From Podarcis filfolensis (lineage: Eukaryota), in assembly GCA_964270895.1 (NCBI GenBank), contig OZ185435.1: a stretch of 64,000 nt of DNA. The stretch is one strand, 5' to 3'. Positions within the stretch are counted from its first letter, which is position 1. Each line of letters begins with the position of its first letter. Below, piece after piece: positions 23,251-36,869 of this stretch. Both the position numbers and the translations under genes were made by a program. The notes below the pieces were generated by a model. It searched no databases and had not been told where the DNA came from. It was given only the letters and a program-made list of their open reading frames with translations.

Positions 23251-23662
23251 TTAGACATATATTTCTTCTTACACTTTACATGTTTACTTAGGAAAATGCA
23301 AATATAATATTGGTGTAACCATGGCAAACACAGCTGCAATATAAAACAGGAAATAATACTCAGTTTAAAAATCAAGGATGTTTCCACTGAAGTATCTTGG
23401 ATTCTTAGAAACGTGGCTTCAAATATTTGCTCATTTCTGAATCCACTTGGTGGCCTTGGATATGTTGCTATCATTCATCATTTTTCTGTTCCCTGATTGC
23501 TTATTTAGAATATTAATGGAGTTCTTATAAAGTGAAATAAAAGCAAGAGTTGAAAACATTTTGTATGTTAGAAATCTTTAAAAAGAATTTGATATTTGGT
23601 TCACAAAGTTGCTTTATACACTCTGTTTATAAATACAATTGCTATTCTTTGACTTTTCCCAG

Positions 23663-23785
23663 GCTGAAATGCCTGTTCCTAGCAAGCCATGTGAAACATG
23701 TGTCTGCAGCTCTGAAAAGGACCCAGACTCCAATACAAATCTTGTAAAATGTCAACCAGTTACATGTGATAAGGATTGCCAAGAG
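23663..23785 (+). CDS. MUC5B: Mucin exon: VWC
   Basis: CCAG| ... GAG|GTAAG, 123 nt. Encodes AEMPVPSKPCETCVCSSEK...KCQPVTCDKDCQE. Confidence 0.93.
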
Positions 23786-23990
23786 GTAAGCACAAATCTT
23801 TATTTCCCCTATTACTGCTTCTTTCCCAACAGAACAATCCTAACTTATGTCTGTACACAAGTAAGTGCTATTGAATTCAGTGGGTCTTTTCCCAAGGTAA
23901 GTGGGGTTAGGATTGCAGCCTTAACCACTGCAGGTGGCTGCCTCTTCCACATGTATCATTCATGGTTAACTTTTCCTGTCTGCCAAACAG

Positions 23991-24086
23991 GGTTACGAGT
24001 ACCAGGTAGAAGCTGGGGAGTGTTGTGGAAAGTGTGTCCAGAATGCATGCATAATCAACATGAATGAAACCACTGAGATACTACAG
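23991..24086 (+). CDS. MUC5B: Mucin exon: VWC
   Basis: ACAG| ... CAG|GTAAT, 96 nt. Encodes GYEYQVEAGECCGKCVQNAC...EILQ. Confidence 0.94.
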
Positions 24087-24592
24087 GTAATTATGTATTC
24101 TCACTCTTCTTCTCCTTTCTTTACCCAACTGACAATGATGATTGTAGGCGTTCTCAAGCATACTTTTTGCTCATTCTTGGCCTTCTTTTCAAATTGGGAC
24201 ACATGAATTTAGAGAAGCAAAGTCTACACTGCATACACAAATGAACACTGAACAATCTATTTATGATGTATTGGATTTGGATGCCAGGTGATGCAAGTTC
24301 AAATGTCGTCTTGGTAATGTGGCAATATATCTCACATGCGATATCTCTCACATGCAAAGCCAAAGCCCACTTACCTGCGTCTAAGAAAAAAAAGACCAAT
24401 TTCCAACAAGTGTGTTTAGGATTATAACTACAGAGTTGCTATGGAAAATGAGGGTTAGAATAAATTGTGACATGTCCTGAATCAATGAGATGTGATTGTG
24501 GGGAGTGGCAATCTAGCTAATTTTAGCGTATATTTGGTATGCTAAAACTTGCAAACAAAACGAATAATGCTATGTTTTATTCATGACAACAG

Positions 24593-24721
24593 CCTGGTGA
24601 TATTTGGCCACCAGGAGGAAATAACTGCAGCTACTACGAATGTGAGCAAATGAATGATACATTCATTCTGGTCCAGTCTAAAAGGAAATGTCCCATCATT
24701 CATCCAGAGGAGTGTGAATCT
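24593..24721 (+). CDS. MUC5B: Mucin exon: VWC-like
   Basis: ACAG| ... TCT|GTAAG, 129 nt. Encodes PGDIWPPGGNNCSYYECEQ...KCPIIHPEECES. Confidence 0.92.
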
Positions 24722-25013
24722 GTAAGTTTTCTTTTTCCCATTCTTAATTTATAATCATTTCTGCTCTACTTATGTTAAAGCTCAGACAATAAGTTCTCAA
24801 GACGTTTTTGAGTAAGATATCATGTGCAATCACTGTCACCAGTTTTAAAATAATAAACAATACTCAGACTTATCCTGGACAATGGATATAGGGAAACTTG
24901 GGGGGTCTGTAAGGGCACAGTGCAAATCCAGTACTAGAAAGTTCCCACTTTTGCATGCAGCAGTAGTGTTTTGTTTTTTAAAACAACAACAACCTTCTTT
25001 TCCTGTTCTATAG

Positions 25014-25065
25014 CATGAACTTGAACTGACTCCTGATGGCTGCTGTGAAACATGTAAACCTAAAA
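25014..25065 (+). CDS. MUC5B: Mucin exon: linker to cystine knot
   Basis: ATAG| ... A|GTAAG, 52 nt. Encodes HELELTPDGCCETCKPK. Confidence 0.92.
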
Positions 25066-25289
25066 GTAAGTGAAATTTTTGCTTACCTTGTTGATTACTA
25101 GGGCATTTTACAACAAATGACTGAACAATACTGTGCCTAGGTCCAGGTTAACTCTTTTTAGATTAAGAACCATCTCCTGTTATCTAACCTTCATATATTG
25201 TTTGAGATGGAGAGAAACCTATTCTGAAACCTGCAGCTGTAGTTTGTCCTACTTATTTTTGCTGAAAGTCTTGTTTTGCACTGAGTCTT

Positions 25290-25385
25290 CATAAGAACAT
25301 AAGATGAGTCTGTTGGATCAAGCTTATGGCCTATCTAGTCCCGCAGCCTTTTCTCACAGTAGCCAATCAGATGCCTGAGGCAAGC
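25290..25385 (-). mobile_element. CR1-type 3' terminal fragment
   Basis: CATAAGAACATAAGA tail followed by TGTTGGATCAAG...CTATCTAGTCC...TCTCACAGTAGCCAATCAGATGCC. A weaker relative lies at ~31475-31560. Confidence 0.6.
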
Positions 25386-25640
25386 AGTACAGCAAGCAAG
25401 TAGCAAACTATGGTTGCTTTGCAAAACAGACCTACCTACAAGAAACTTTCTATAAATAGCATTTAGCAGAATGCTATCTATTACTAAAGACCTAAATTAA
25501 CCCTACTCTTTGATGCCATATGTCTATATGCCTCTTTTGTTCTGTAGCTCATCTGTAGCCAGAGGTAGAAATCCACATCAGTGAAAATTATGACATATTT
25601 ATTGATTTCCTCCCCCCCCCCCCACACCTCTTTCTTTCAG

Positions 25641-25752
25641 CAAATGACTGCAAGGTTCACAAGAACCAAACTCTTATACGTCAGAGTGAATGCATATCTT
25701 CTGAAGTTGTGGAACTGACCTACTGTGAAGGGGCTTGTCCAAGCTCTTCAAA
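25641..25752 (+). CDS. MUC5B: Mucin exon: cystine knot first half
   Basis: TCAG| ... AA|GTAAG, 112 nt. Encodes TNDCKVHKNQ...SECISSEVVELTYCEGACPSSS. Confidence 0.94.
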
Positions 25753-27204
25753 GTAAGTGACAAAAAGTCCTATCCATTTATCCACTTCATTTTGGGATAT
25801 TCAAATCATACCAAGCAGAAAATTACAAAGGTCCTCACAGTGAATTTCATATGCATTTTGAAGCAGGAGCACTCTCAGCTCTTGTATGTGAATACACCAG
25901 TACGCTGATTACATTCTGTCATTATGACAATGTACACAGAACCCTAGTTTGTTAAGGGTGCTGGAAATAGCTCTGGGAGGAGAATATAAACCAACCCCAG
26001 GATTGTTTTTGGGATGAAAATTTGCTTTAAATGTATGGTGTGTATGTAGCATCTATCAGTACCATTATTTCCCTTCAGCTTGCTGCTTGGGCTCTCAAAA
26101 TTGCATTGTGTCCCTAATATAAAAAACCAGGGGAGAAATCCAGTGTCACAGCAGTGGATGCAACAGGACTTCCCCTTCCTCTCGTCCTCCCTGTGCCCCC
26201 TCAAATTTGTTCTTTAGGGCCCCCAAGCCCTCTGGAACAGACTTTAGGAGTGCACAGGAGACTGGAGTGGGGAGCAGCGGAATGGGAAGCCCCGTTTGCA
26301 GAAGTGAAAGTCCATTGCACAACAGGATGCTGAATTTGGTTTAGTCCCAGATTCAGAAGTAATTTTCACCAGAGCTGGAACATGAAGTGTTGTACATGTG
26401 ATCATTTTCTGCCATTTTCTGCTAATCATTGAATAAAAGACTGTCATCCTGATTCTACACTTTACACAACTATATACAAGAGAAATGTTGTATTCTTTAT
26501 TATTATTATTTTTACATTTGGGACAAACTGTACTAATTTTAGTGTGCTTTATTCAAAATATTAGAAGCAAAATGAATATACAACAGTATTTTAATCATTC
26601 TTATTAAACAACAGACAAATTGTAAGTGGGTTGGTTCACTATTCCAGTTTAGACACTGCAGCATTCAGGTGCATTAATTTCAAACACCCAGACTCACAAA
26701 GTATCTTGTTTCCATGTACGTGGTACCCTGATTTTCCATCTATCCATGTGGCAGAACTAGAGAAACGTTGGTGTGTTCCTACAGGAATATTGGAGGGGCA
26801 ATCCCAATCCATAACACACTTTTATTTCCCCAGATCTGTTTCCCTTCCCATATTCTGGTTTGGAAGTAGAACTTGAATCATGCGAAAGGAAAGTGTTTTA
26901 TGTAGACGTAGCCTTTTGCATCCCCACTCCTCCACTCCTCATGTTGCTTTGGTTGCTCCCCTTCATTTGGTAGCATGTTGAGGACCAAATTGCTCATGAA
27001 ACAAAAACTATAAATAGAAGCTTTGAAAGCAAATACACCTAAGCCTGTTTTGATAGGCAAAAACCTCCTGCTCTTAAAGCCAATCATTGGGATTTGGTAA
27101 ATCTAAGCTGGAATAGTGAGATCTAGCAGTCAGCCTAGACTGCTAAATGTGGTAGAGTCACATTTTCAGGAAAACTTCTAATCTAATATATTTCACTTGG
27201 ACAG

Positions 27205-27379
27205 GTATTCCAGTGAGGCAAATGCAATGCAACGTGAGTGTACCTGCTGCCAGGAGCTCAAGAGCCATAGGAGAAAGGTGACCTTGACATGCCAGGATGG
27301 CAAAATCATTGACTATGACTACATCTACGTGGACGAATGTCAGTGCATGACTGCGTGCATTCCACAATCCAAAATTTAG
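27205..27379 (+). CDS. MUC5B: Mucin last coding exon: cystine knot second half + stop
   Basis: ACAG| then KYSSEANAMQRECTCCQE...VDECQCMTACIPQSKI-TAG. With the previous exon it supplies the 11 CK cysteines. Confidence 0.95.
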
Positions 27380-27646
27380 TTACGGGAAGAGGAAAAGTAG
27401 TGACTTTGCATTCGTCACAGGAAAAAGAACCCAACATGTTCCAAAGCAGCTAAAACCAGTCGCCATCTAAATGCTACTTCATGTCTCTCAATATGTCCCT
27501 GAAAAGGTCAATAGTAGCCTTTTTCTTGGTCAGCTGCCTAACCAAATTAATGTTCTATTTCCTGCATGATCATTTTTGGTCATTTTGGCTAGCTATTTAC
27601 AAAAACAAGTGCATTTAGAAAAGCTTCCAAGGATCCCTATAAATAT

Positions 27647-27652
27647 AATAAA
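27647..27652 (+). terminator. Probable mucin polyadenylation signal AATAAA
   Basis: First AATAAA after the stop (~270 nt), followed by T-rich sequence. A second AATAAA lies at 27856-27861. Confidence 0.6.
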
Positions 27653-28539
27653 ATGATGATAGAAATGTATAACATTGTACTGTAAACTAAACTTATGCTT
27701 CAAATTTTCTCTGCAATGCTGTTTATTTTTGGCAACTATCTTTTAAATTACTGAGCAACCTTTGCTACAGAAGGAGTGTTTTGTATAGTGTCAGCAGGCA
27801 TGAGATTTTGACAAAGATAAAGCTGCTTTCCTTTTTACTCTTGTTTCTTAAGATTAATAAAAAATTTAAGCATGTTTCAACTTTGACATCTGCCGATTTC
27901 ATTCACTGGGCATTGACATCCCTTAAGTCACATCACACAGGGCTATGGTTCTGTTGTTTGGGACACCAAAAAGGATGGGGCCCAGCTGTAGTCTCTCAGG
28001 ATGCTTTTGGGCTTTGTATGGATGTTTCTTCTACCCAATTGCAAAGTGCAAAGCAATAGCTAAATCTTCTTTATTATTACATTACAATGTTGTTTTACAA
28101 TTGTTTTTATGCCATTTTTTTCTCGAGCCATCCTAGGCTCCCTTTGCGGAAGAAGGGCAGGTTATAAAACTCAAATAATAAATGATTAATGATTGGGATT
28201 TTTATACCATCAGTTCAATCCTATTTCATTCAAAGTAAGAAATTTATCATTTCAGTAAATTCAGTATATACACCAAATTCGGTACAGACCATCCTCAAAC
28301 CTTCCTCTCCTATGCTACCGAGCTTCAAACCAATCTCTTGAGCTGCTTTCTAAACATAAGCCATAGAACCTCCAATCTCCCTACCCTGCATTTCTCATTT
28401 TAATGGTGGAATGTGATTCGGCTGATTCATTCTACTTAATACTCTTCAGGTCAAATGTAAAAGCCTTTGGTGAAACCTATTTTTAACAACTCTAAAGCAT
28501 TGCTGAGCCCTGCAGCATAGGGAAAGACACTCTGTAGAG

Positions 28540-28816
28540 CAGGGGTCGGCAAGGTTTACCTCGCTTGGGCCGGTTTACTCCAGCAGAGATCCCTCCGTGG
28601 GCCGGATCGTGAGTGCATGCACCTGCATTTTGCAGCGTCTGCACAGACGCGATTTTCGGAGCTGCAAAAGCGAGTCCCCGCACTGTGCTGTGCTAGTTTA
28701 GCGCAGCGTGCGGGGACTTGCCAAGCAGGCGGCTTGGTTCAGGGGCGGCTCGTGGGCCGGTTAAACGACCCCCATAGGCCGCTTGTAGCCCATGGGCCTT
28801 AGGTTGCCGACTCCTG
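28540..28816. mobile_element. hAT (Charlie-like) MITE, 277 bp, CpG-rich
   Basis: TIRs CAGGGGTCGGCAA / TTGCCGACTCCTG; perfect TSD CTGTAGAG; subterminal GGGCCG repeats. Confidence 0.93.
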
Positions 28817-30963
28817 CTGTAGAGCAAGGAAACACTGTCCTCTCTCTACCAGCATGTTATTCTTCACACTGGATTGCAGCCTTTAACAGATTCAGCTTGC
28901 TGTTCCCCTGCTGTTAAAAGCAGTAGAATGCAGAGCAGGGGCAGTCCATCCTGTTTTGCTGCCTAAGGCACCCCCCCTTTCGCTGAAGCTCAGTAAGAGT
29001 GGAGATATTACGCAAGGCCTTGCCATTCATCTTCCCTGCACTTCTTGCACCGCCTGTGAAGAGTGCAGCCACTGTCGCCTGCTGCTCTCCTATCTCCTAT
29101 GTTTAACCTCAACTTCTGCACATCAGGGTTTCCCTGGTCCGCCTCCAGTTGCCTCAGGCGGCAGTGGTGTGAAGGAGGGAGTGCAACTCGCCTCCCTTGT
29201 GGCTGCTGAAAAACTAAAAAGGGAAATGCCTTTTCACAGCCACTGCAGCCATCAAGTGACAAGGAGGAGGAAGCTAGCACTGGCAGAAGAAAGGCCTGGA
29301 AGAGGCAGAACCATGCACAGCAACAGCAAAAAAAGTGCTGGGGAAGCAACAGCAGCATTTTCTGTTTTGCCTCAGGTGGCAAAATGTCTTTGTCCACTCC
29401 TGCCTTCTGGATTCAATGATGTTTCAGGGTTTTTCTGATCCATGGGAGAGTGTCAAATACATTCAAAACTGAAGGTATGGAACTCACAAGGAAATGTTTT
29501 TTATACTCTGTTCCATACTGCAGCAACCATCCACCTAGCACTGACTACATGTTCACAGAGAATTTAAAAGCAATATCCACTTCATTAGTCAACAAAAAAA
29601 ATCTCAGTGGTGTGCAAGCTTCTAGAGTGAGTGAAATGCTTTAGGTTAGAAGAAGACAAGATGGAAACCCCATTCTATAGCTTTTTAACAGTCTTAAGAG
29701 GATGGAGAATTGTGGACTTAAAATACAATTCTAAGAATTTTTACTCGGGAATAATTCCAACTAAACTGAATTTAATTTGCTTCCTAGTGACAGGTGTACA
29801 TAGGGCTACAGCCTCAATGGGGTTAGATTGTGCTTGATGCATTGGCCATATGCTTTGTTCAGTTTCCTGGATAGGGAATGGCCAGAATTATACGATAGGA
29901 GTAAAGACCGATGGAGACTCGAGAGTTGCATATTAATGTGCAGTGTCTCATGCACTTTTTAAACAACAATGGAAAGCCTTCCAAAAGCAGAGAAAGCCCA
30001 AATCGGGTATTATTTCATATTCACAGTAAAGATATTCTGATCCACTTTCTCTTTTAACCAATGGTACAAAATCAGCATTCTTCCTGAAAGCCTCAAAGCA
30101 ACAAAAGTTGCTATGTTCTAGCATCCTGTATCTCTGAATCGAAGGGTGTTTTTATGGAGATCCAGACACACTGGAGCCCTTGTTGTGGCCATGTTGTTCG
30201 CTTACAGCCAACTGTGTTGCAACGCTATATTAATTAAGTTCTCCCGATTTTCTCAGCTGGTGTAACGATTATATTCAGTGAGTGGTGGTGACAGCAGCAA
30301 GCCTTCAATCTGAAAGCACAATTCTGGTGCCTTTGACTGAGCTAATTGGTTATGATGTTCATTTAATATAAGGAAAGCACGAGGATTCATGTTTCCTTGC
30401 CTAGCTTATAATGAAACATGCAGGCCTTGAAATGACATCTAGATTACATTACAAGAGGCGATGCCCTGAGGTCAACAACAAGGAACACAGCTCTTTTGCC
30501 TCCATGCTGAGCAACACTGCTCAAACTCTTAAGTGCCACATAAAACAATCTCCTACTTCTTTTGAAGTAAAACACACCCATGAGAGATAACGAGATTGCA
30601 GTTTCCCACAAAAGGGGTAGGACTTAGGGGAGCTGAGACGAGACTCCTGTTTGCTTGTATCCATCCATCTCTGCCTGTTAGTCCTAGCAGATGGGCGAGT
30701 TTTAATACTATGCAACAGTGGGCTCCAGTGCAACTGCTGCACTTGTTGCACTTGTTTTTGAGTTGCACTTGTTTTTGAGTTCATTTTCTGCATTTTGAAA
30801 TTATTTTCATCAAAGAATTAGAAAAACATTAACACAGAACTTAATACTTAATCCAACTGTCTTATTTTTTATTTCTTAAAAAGAAGCTGCAAGAGTCATT
30901 AAGATGTCAAAGGTACCACCAGGACGATGAGCTTCTGCAGTTATTGTAAACAGGACAAAAGAC

Positions 30964-31211
30964 CAGGGCCATAGCTAGGGTGTGGTGAGGTGGGCCCATG
31001 CCAGGGGTGAAGGTGTTTGGGGGATGCAAAAATATGTCCATAAACATAAATATTGATTATTGCCTCTTTAAAAAAATGGTTTTAAATAGAGGATGACTTG
31101 AATGGGTGGAGGGGGGGGTGGAGGAGAGGCGGAAGAGCTAACTTGTCCATGGCTAAGGGGCGCAATCTGGAGGGTTCTGCCAGGGCGCAAGATCACCTAG
31201 CTATGGCTCTG
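30964..31211. mobile_element. hAT MITE, 248 bp
   Basis: TIRs CAGGGCCATAGCTAGG / CCTAGCTATGGCTCTG; perfect TSD CAAAAGAC. Confidence 0.92.
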
Positions 31212-32533
31212 CAAAAGACTTCCAAGTTAGTAATTATGCTTCAAGGCATAATCAGATTTATCACTTCAGTTACCAAAAATATTCACTCACCTCATCAAAA
31301 ATGTTCACTGAGGACTTTTTCCTTTTAGTTTCAACCTATGGCACCCTAGGCTATTATTATTTTTCCTGTGTAGAAATTGTTTCAATTTAATTTACAGCAG
31401 AGGAATATCGGGTAACATGAAGGAAAACATTACCATTTTGGAATGTAGTGGATGACTGGGGGGGGGGGGGGAGCTTAGGAAGAGTCCTGCTGGATTACAC
31501 CAAAGGCCTTTCCAGTCCAGAATCCTGTTTTCCACAGAGCCCATACAAATGCCCTTGAGAAGTTAGTCACCACACAGCTCACCCCTACTAACTCTATATT
31601 GTTTATAAGCCTATTACCAAAGCAAAGATCCCAATACTAATCCTTGGGGAGCTCTACTTTCCACATCCCTATAGTTAGAGATCAATTTATTTCCAAAACT
31701 TTGAATACTGCTACTTAAAACAATTCCTGATCCATAACAGAACCTCTTCTGTTATTTCCAGATTCTGTCCTGAATTCTGTCCATTCAATTTTCCCCCTTC
31801 TCATTTTTGGAACTTGTTATTGAAGGAAAAACAAGTCACTATTGATTATCTAAAAGTAAAAATAAAATAAAATGGAAGTATAATTTATGGACTCCCTTCA
31901 GAAAGTAGCTCCTTTCCTCTTCCTCCTCACCATTTTGCCCATATTATTTTGCTTCAAAAGATGGCAAACTCTTCTGGCCCAGGGAATATCAGAAAGCCAT
32001 TTAAGCATCGTTTGCATTGCGCCACTATTAATCTTGACAGGATATTGTGTCATTTACTGGAACCACTTCAGGCTTGATTAGAGCAAAACAATATGCTTTG
32101 GGAGACTACCACATGAGGGAGGGGAGATATAATTTTCTTCCCATGTAGCGAGCTTGTAATCACTACCAAGGAAGCTCTATAGGGCTCTTGGGATTATAAT
32201 GTGGCATAGGTAGTTTCAAATATTTTACCATCATGAAGCTCTGCTAAGAGCCATCTACACAACTCAATTAAACTGAATTACTAATGTAATTACCACCAAA
32301 GGCTTGCCTGAAGCACTAAGTGCACAAGGACAACTTGTGGTGTTGTTTGCTTCTCAAAGCTCAGGAGCAAAACAAAGTGCATGTCAGATGACTGAGGATG
32401 TCTCCATGTAACTGCTCACACTAGTTTCACCATGTGGTTTAGTACCTGAGTATACAATCTTGCAATAATATATGCCTGATTGTGCAAACTGTTCAAAAAT
32501 TGAGATGTGACAGATGTTACTCATGCAATTTGC

Positions 32534-32706
32534 NNNNNNNNNNNNNNNNNNNNNNNNNNNNNNNNNNNNNNNNNNNNNNNNNNNNNNNNNNNNNNNNNNN
32601 NNNNNNNNNNNNNNNNNNNNNNNNNNNNNNNNNNNNNNNNNNNNNNNNNNNNNNNNNNNNNNNNNNNNNNNNNNNNNNNNNNNNNNNNNNNNNNNNNNNN
32701 NNNNNN
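32534..32706. other. Assembly gap (173 N)
   Basis: Run of N in the sequence. Confidence 0.99.
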
Positions 32707-33264
32707 TGCTTTTCCGGGAAACAGGTATTTAAATTAATGTACTAATGAAAATACCTGGAGGTGTTAATTTAAAACAACTCTGATTTCATCGGATATCCTA
32801 CCAACATATAGACTATAACTGAAAAAATAAAACCAATGTTTCAGCAATATCTGGATAGGCAACCTTTTATGGAGTAAATTCATCGTGTAGTCCAGTACTA
32901 ATCATCCCTTTTCAGATATGTACAATTAATTTCAATGCATTATCTTCTCAATTATGCATGCTTAGCATTGCAGTCATAAATCTGTCTATTTCATCCACTT
33001 TTCCACATTTGCACACAATTGCACTTAGGACACACTATTCCCCGAACGAGATCGTTTGAGTGGAGTATCACAAACAAAGATATACAAACAGTGCTGTAAG
33101 ACACTCCAGCTCATCAGCAGCAGAGAGAGGTAATGTATAAAGTGTTAAGGGTTGTAACACAGGCACATGCAGCCTACAAATTATATTAAATTGCATAATG
33201 ACTACTAGACAATAGTAATCAAAGTTTAATTTTATAAAATACCCCTTTCCTGAGTACTGCAATT

Positions 33265-33450
33265 TCACTTCATTTTATTTGCCCCACAAAACCACCCTGT
33301 GTGGCAAATCCCTCTTATTCCTGTTGTATTAACCAAGAAACTGAGGGAGAAAATACGACTAAGCAAGAAAAGCAGTGTGACTGAAAGCAAGAATGGACTC
33401 AAACCTCTATCTCCTGGGTTCATCTGCCAACACCCACCAGCCACTTCACC
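33265..33450 (-). mobile_element. MIR/CORE-SINE-like fragment
   Basis: CCCACAAAACCACCCTGTG...ATTCCTGTTGTA...GAAACTGAGG matches the reverse MIR pattern CCTCACAACAACCCT...GAAACTGAGGC. Confidence 0.5.
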
Positions 33451-33728
33451 ACACAGATTCTTAAATGATTCACTCTCCTCCAAACAAACTATCCTTGCAG
33501 TATGGATATTCCACTAAGTATAAACAAATACCAGGAAAGCCTCTTTGGCCTACAATATTTTGGGTTGTGTTTTACTCAATGTAGCAACAGACTTAGGTTA
33601 GTCCTATTAGCTTCAGTGAGTAATAGCTGGATTTAAAAATTGTCTACATTTCACTTAATATAATTCCTAGCCTCTGGAACATAATGTCGCCTAATAAAAA
33701 CAAACACTTTCCCATGGTTTGGTACACA

Positions 33729-36700
33729 TTTATTAAATTAGATAGAATGGGATAAAATATTTTACAATGCAAGAGACAAACATCTGAACCTCAATACAGT
33801 AAAAAACAATGTCTTCAGAATTATTACAGCAAAACATCCTCTATACAGTATTACAGGTCAGTCAACACAAGCAATAATATCTGCAAAGGGAAACACTTGG
33901 AACCATCAGCACACACTCACACAGCAGTAGAGAAGAAGGTGGCAAGCATCTAGCTAGACAAAAATATTCCTGTATTTAACCCACTCACAGGTCCTTGGCA
34001 GGTTTGAAGCTAGTGCGAATACCAGTTCAGTCTTCAGCAGAGTTCTTCCGGCTGTGGAGGAATGCTGTGCCAGATGCACAAAGCTGAACATGCTGTTCAT
34101 TTAAACGGAGCATATGAGAAATTGTATTGAGAATTGTGCGTTGCACAGCATTTCTTTTACTTGACAGGTGATGTTCCCACATCAGCAATTTGCACCCCAA
34201 TCTTATTCCCATTGATCTGGAGGCAAATTTCATTAAAATCCATGGGGATTACTTCCAAACACATGTTTGAAGGATCGGGGGAAATCCCGGTAGTTATCAA
34301 GAAAAGATATGCATATAACTGTAGCCATGCTTGCAATTACCCCTTTCAACTTTAATGATACATAGTAGTCATTGAATGCAGGACATTAATTTAATACAGG
34401 ACTGTGTGTTGTCATTGTTTTCTTCATGATAGAGGAACATGTTAATAGCAATCTATCATATTTACTACCCATGTTCTTCAATTGTTCTCTCTGCTCTATT
34501 GTTTAAAAATGCAGCTTAACAACCACTACTAAAGCTTCCCAGACTTTCCACAGGTCTCATATCCTTGTACCTTCCAGAAACTGAATTTAGTCATAACACT
34601 CCCATTCCTATTTATGTCTTTATTGTGAAAGTGCATTCTCAACTGTTTGCACTGCGTTTACAATTCAGGATCTTCCCTAAACTAAAAGAAACCCTTTAAA
34701 ACCATCTCCAGAATAATCTTAATAATTATTCTATTTTAAGTACTTGGATGTCGTTTTCTAGAACTACACAGTCCATTTTATTCTATGGGTATAATGCTAC
34801 AGCAGATTTTTCCAAACATCAAATTGTTATTCCAGACTTTCCGCTGAGTACGTCTGAGTTCTCAAAATATATTAGTTCACAAATACCACAAGACTTACCT
34901 GTACTATGATGCTACTGACAATGTATGCCATTAGATAAAAGTTTGATCTGAAAGTATTGTAAAATATGAAGAAAGTATCCAAGCTAATTTTCTGATGGAC
35001 ACACAAGCTTCTTCGGTCTAGAGCAGCCCTTGCCAGTCTGGTGCCCTTTAGATGTTTTGGACTACAACTGCCCAAAGCCATGCTGGCTGGGAGCTATACA
35101 AAGCAGCTGGAGGGCATCAAGTTGTTAAAGACTGATCTATAGGATGTTGTAAAATACACACATTGCAGCAGATTGTATTCATGTATTTAAAAAGCAACAG
35201 AAGGACAGGAAGGCGGAGGAGGGAATAAATGCTCACAGATGCAAGTCTGCTAGCTAGATGGAAGGATACATACGTTTTAAGCAACAAACAGAAAGAAAAC
35301 ACACAAATTTTTGGTACTGTATTTAAAAATCATTTCCTCCCCTATATTTTAATCATTAAAAAAATAAATATTTGAACTATAAGCTGGCTGTGCCAGGAGT
35401 ACTTATGATGATATGATGAAGTATTCTAGTGGACAATTTTTTGAATGCTTGAAGGAGCGGAGCAGGAATTGGGGGGGTGGGGCGGGGGAGAGACAAAAAA
35501 CATGCACACTTTTTTCCAAAGTGATAAAAGTCACAACCAATGTGAGAGTCTGAACTGTGTTCAAACACTTGAGAAAGTACAAAGTATGACTGGCAATTAC
35601 AGAAAGTAATTAAAATGTTTTAAACCCATCAATAAGCCAAATAGCACATTTAGAAAAAATGTGCATATTAAAGTGCATTACTTTGCTTTTTTGCCAAACA
35701 AGAAAGGAACTGATTAAACAGATAAAAAATTGTCCTCTTCTACAGTTCTGCAGGTCTAACAATACACAATGAATATGTACAATTCCCCTCTTCCAACATA
35801 CTGGGATTGTATTTTAAATTTGGTTTGCCTCATTTGTGACAATGGATTCTTTCACAGGCCTCAGTTTTGATGGAATTAAGGCCAACTGGTACTCAATGAG
35901 TAATGACTGTGTATATCGTACTGGTATTATGCCTTGAATTTTTTTTTCTTAAAAGGGAAAAATAGAAGATTTCATCCATAACAAATGATTATGGATGAAA
36001 AATGAAAAAAAAAATTAAAGCATTATTATTCTTTTATGGTAACTGATCATAAGGACATTTATTAAAATGTGATGCCAAATTTTCCCAAGTATAAAATCTT
36101 CTCACCTTTATCTTTTTGAATGTCTCACAAATGTAGAAGCAAGGACAGTGCAAGTAAACACAATAGCATATTAGGAAATAACCCTGTTCCTCCAGTCTTT
36201 GCTACTGTGGCCCGAGAAATAATTAACTTCAGATTTCAGATGCACAGCAGCACATCTGATAAGAGTAGCTATCTCTAAACAAACAAAACTCAACAAATAT
36301 ATTGCATTGGTGCCCGATTAATAGGTTAAGCAATGGAATCTCTCATTAGAAAGATCACAAAAGTTACAGGAAAGCCAGTTTGTCTATACTAAGAATTGTT
36401 ATAAATTGCTGAACCTGCTGAAGGGCACTGTGTAATCACTTTTCAGACAAATATTATTTTGATAGGAGGGAACTTTTAAGAGAACTCCCTGTTGAACAGC
36501 AGTCTGCTGTGATCACTCAACCTCTTATGACAACAGAATGCATAGTGTCAAAACTAGGTGAATAAGCTTGTGTGTGTTTGTTTTCCAAAATGGGGAAAGG
36601 AAAAAAAGCGGCATAGATGCTCCAACTCCACCTCTCGAACCAATGCAGCCATACATGACAGAACTGATATATTAATAAAAATGGCTGAGATTTCTATAGA

Positions 36701-36869
36701 ACATATGTAAAAACAAAATGTGCAAATGTCCAACAACCACCACCAACAAAATGGGAACATAATCTCTCAGACAGGATGCTTTCTCAGGAAATTCTTCCTA
36801 TACCTAAATCCCTGGGCTTGGCAAATCAAAAGTAAGGGTAACAATGAAGATGGAAAATGAGCAGATGGT
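33729..36869 (-). other. TOLLIP: Probable TOLLIP 3' UTR (up to ~3.1 kb)
   Basis: Follows the TAG stop. Minus-strand AATAAA at 36058-36063, 34777-34782, 34619-34624 and 33729-33734; the true 3' end cannot be fixed without RNA data. Confidence 0.5.
35024..35134. mobile_element. Older hAT MITE
   Basis: CAGCCCTTGCCAGTCTGGTGCCC ... GGGCATCAAGTTGTTAAAGACTG; contains GATGTTTTGGACTACAACT; degenerate TSD GTCTAGAG/ATCTATAG. Confidence 0.7.

Noticed and set aside
28956-29438. 160-aa and 129-aa overlapping ORFs in the intergenic region
   Set aside because: No recognisable domain or splice context; low-complexity GC-rich patch.
30746-30779. 17-bp direct tandem duplication
   Set aside because: An ordinary slippage product with no further structure.
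32482-32745. ORFs spanning the N run
   Set aside because: Artefacts of the gap.
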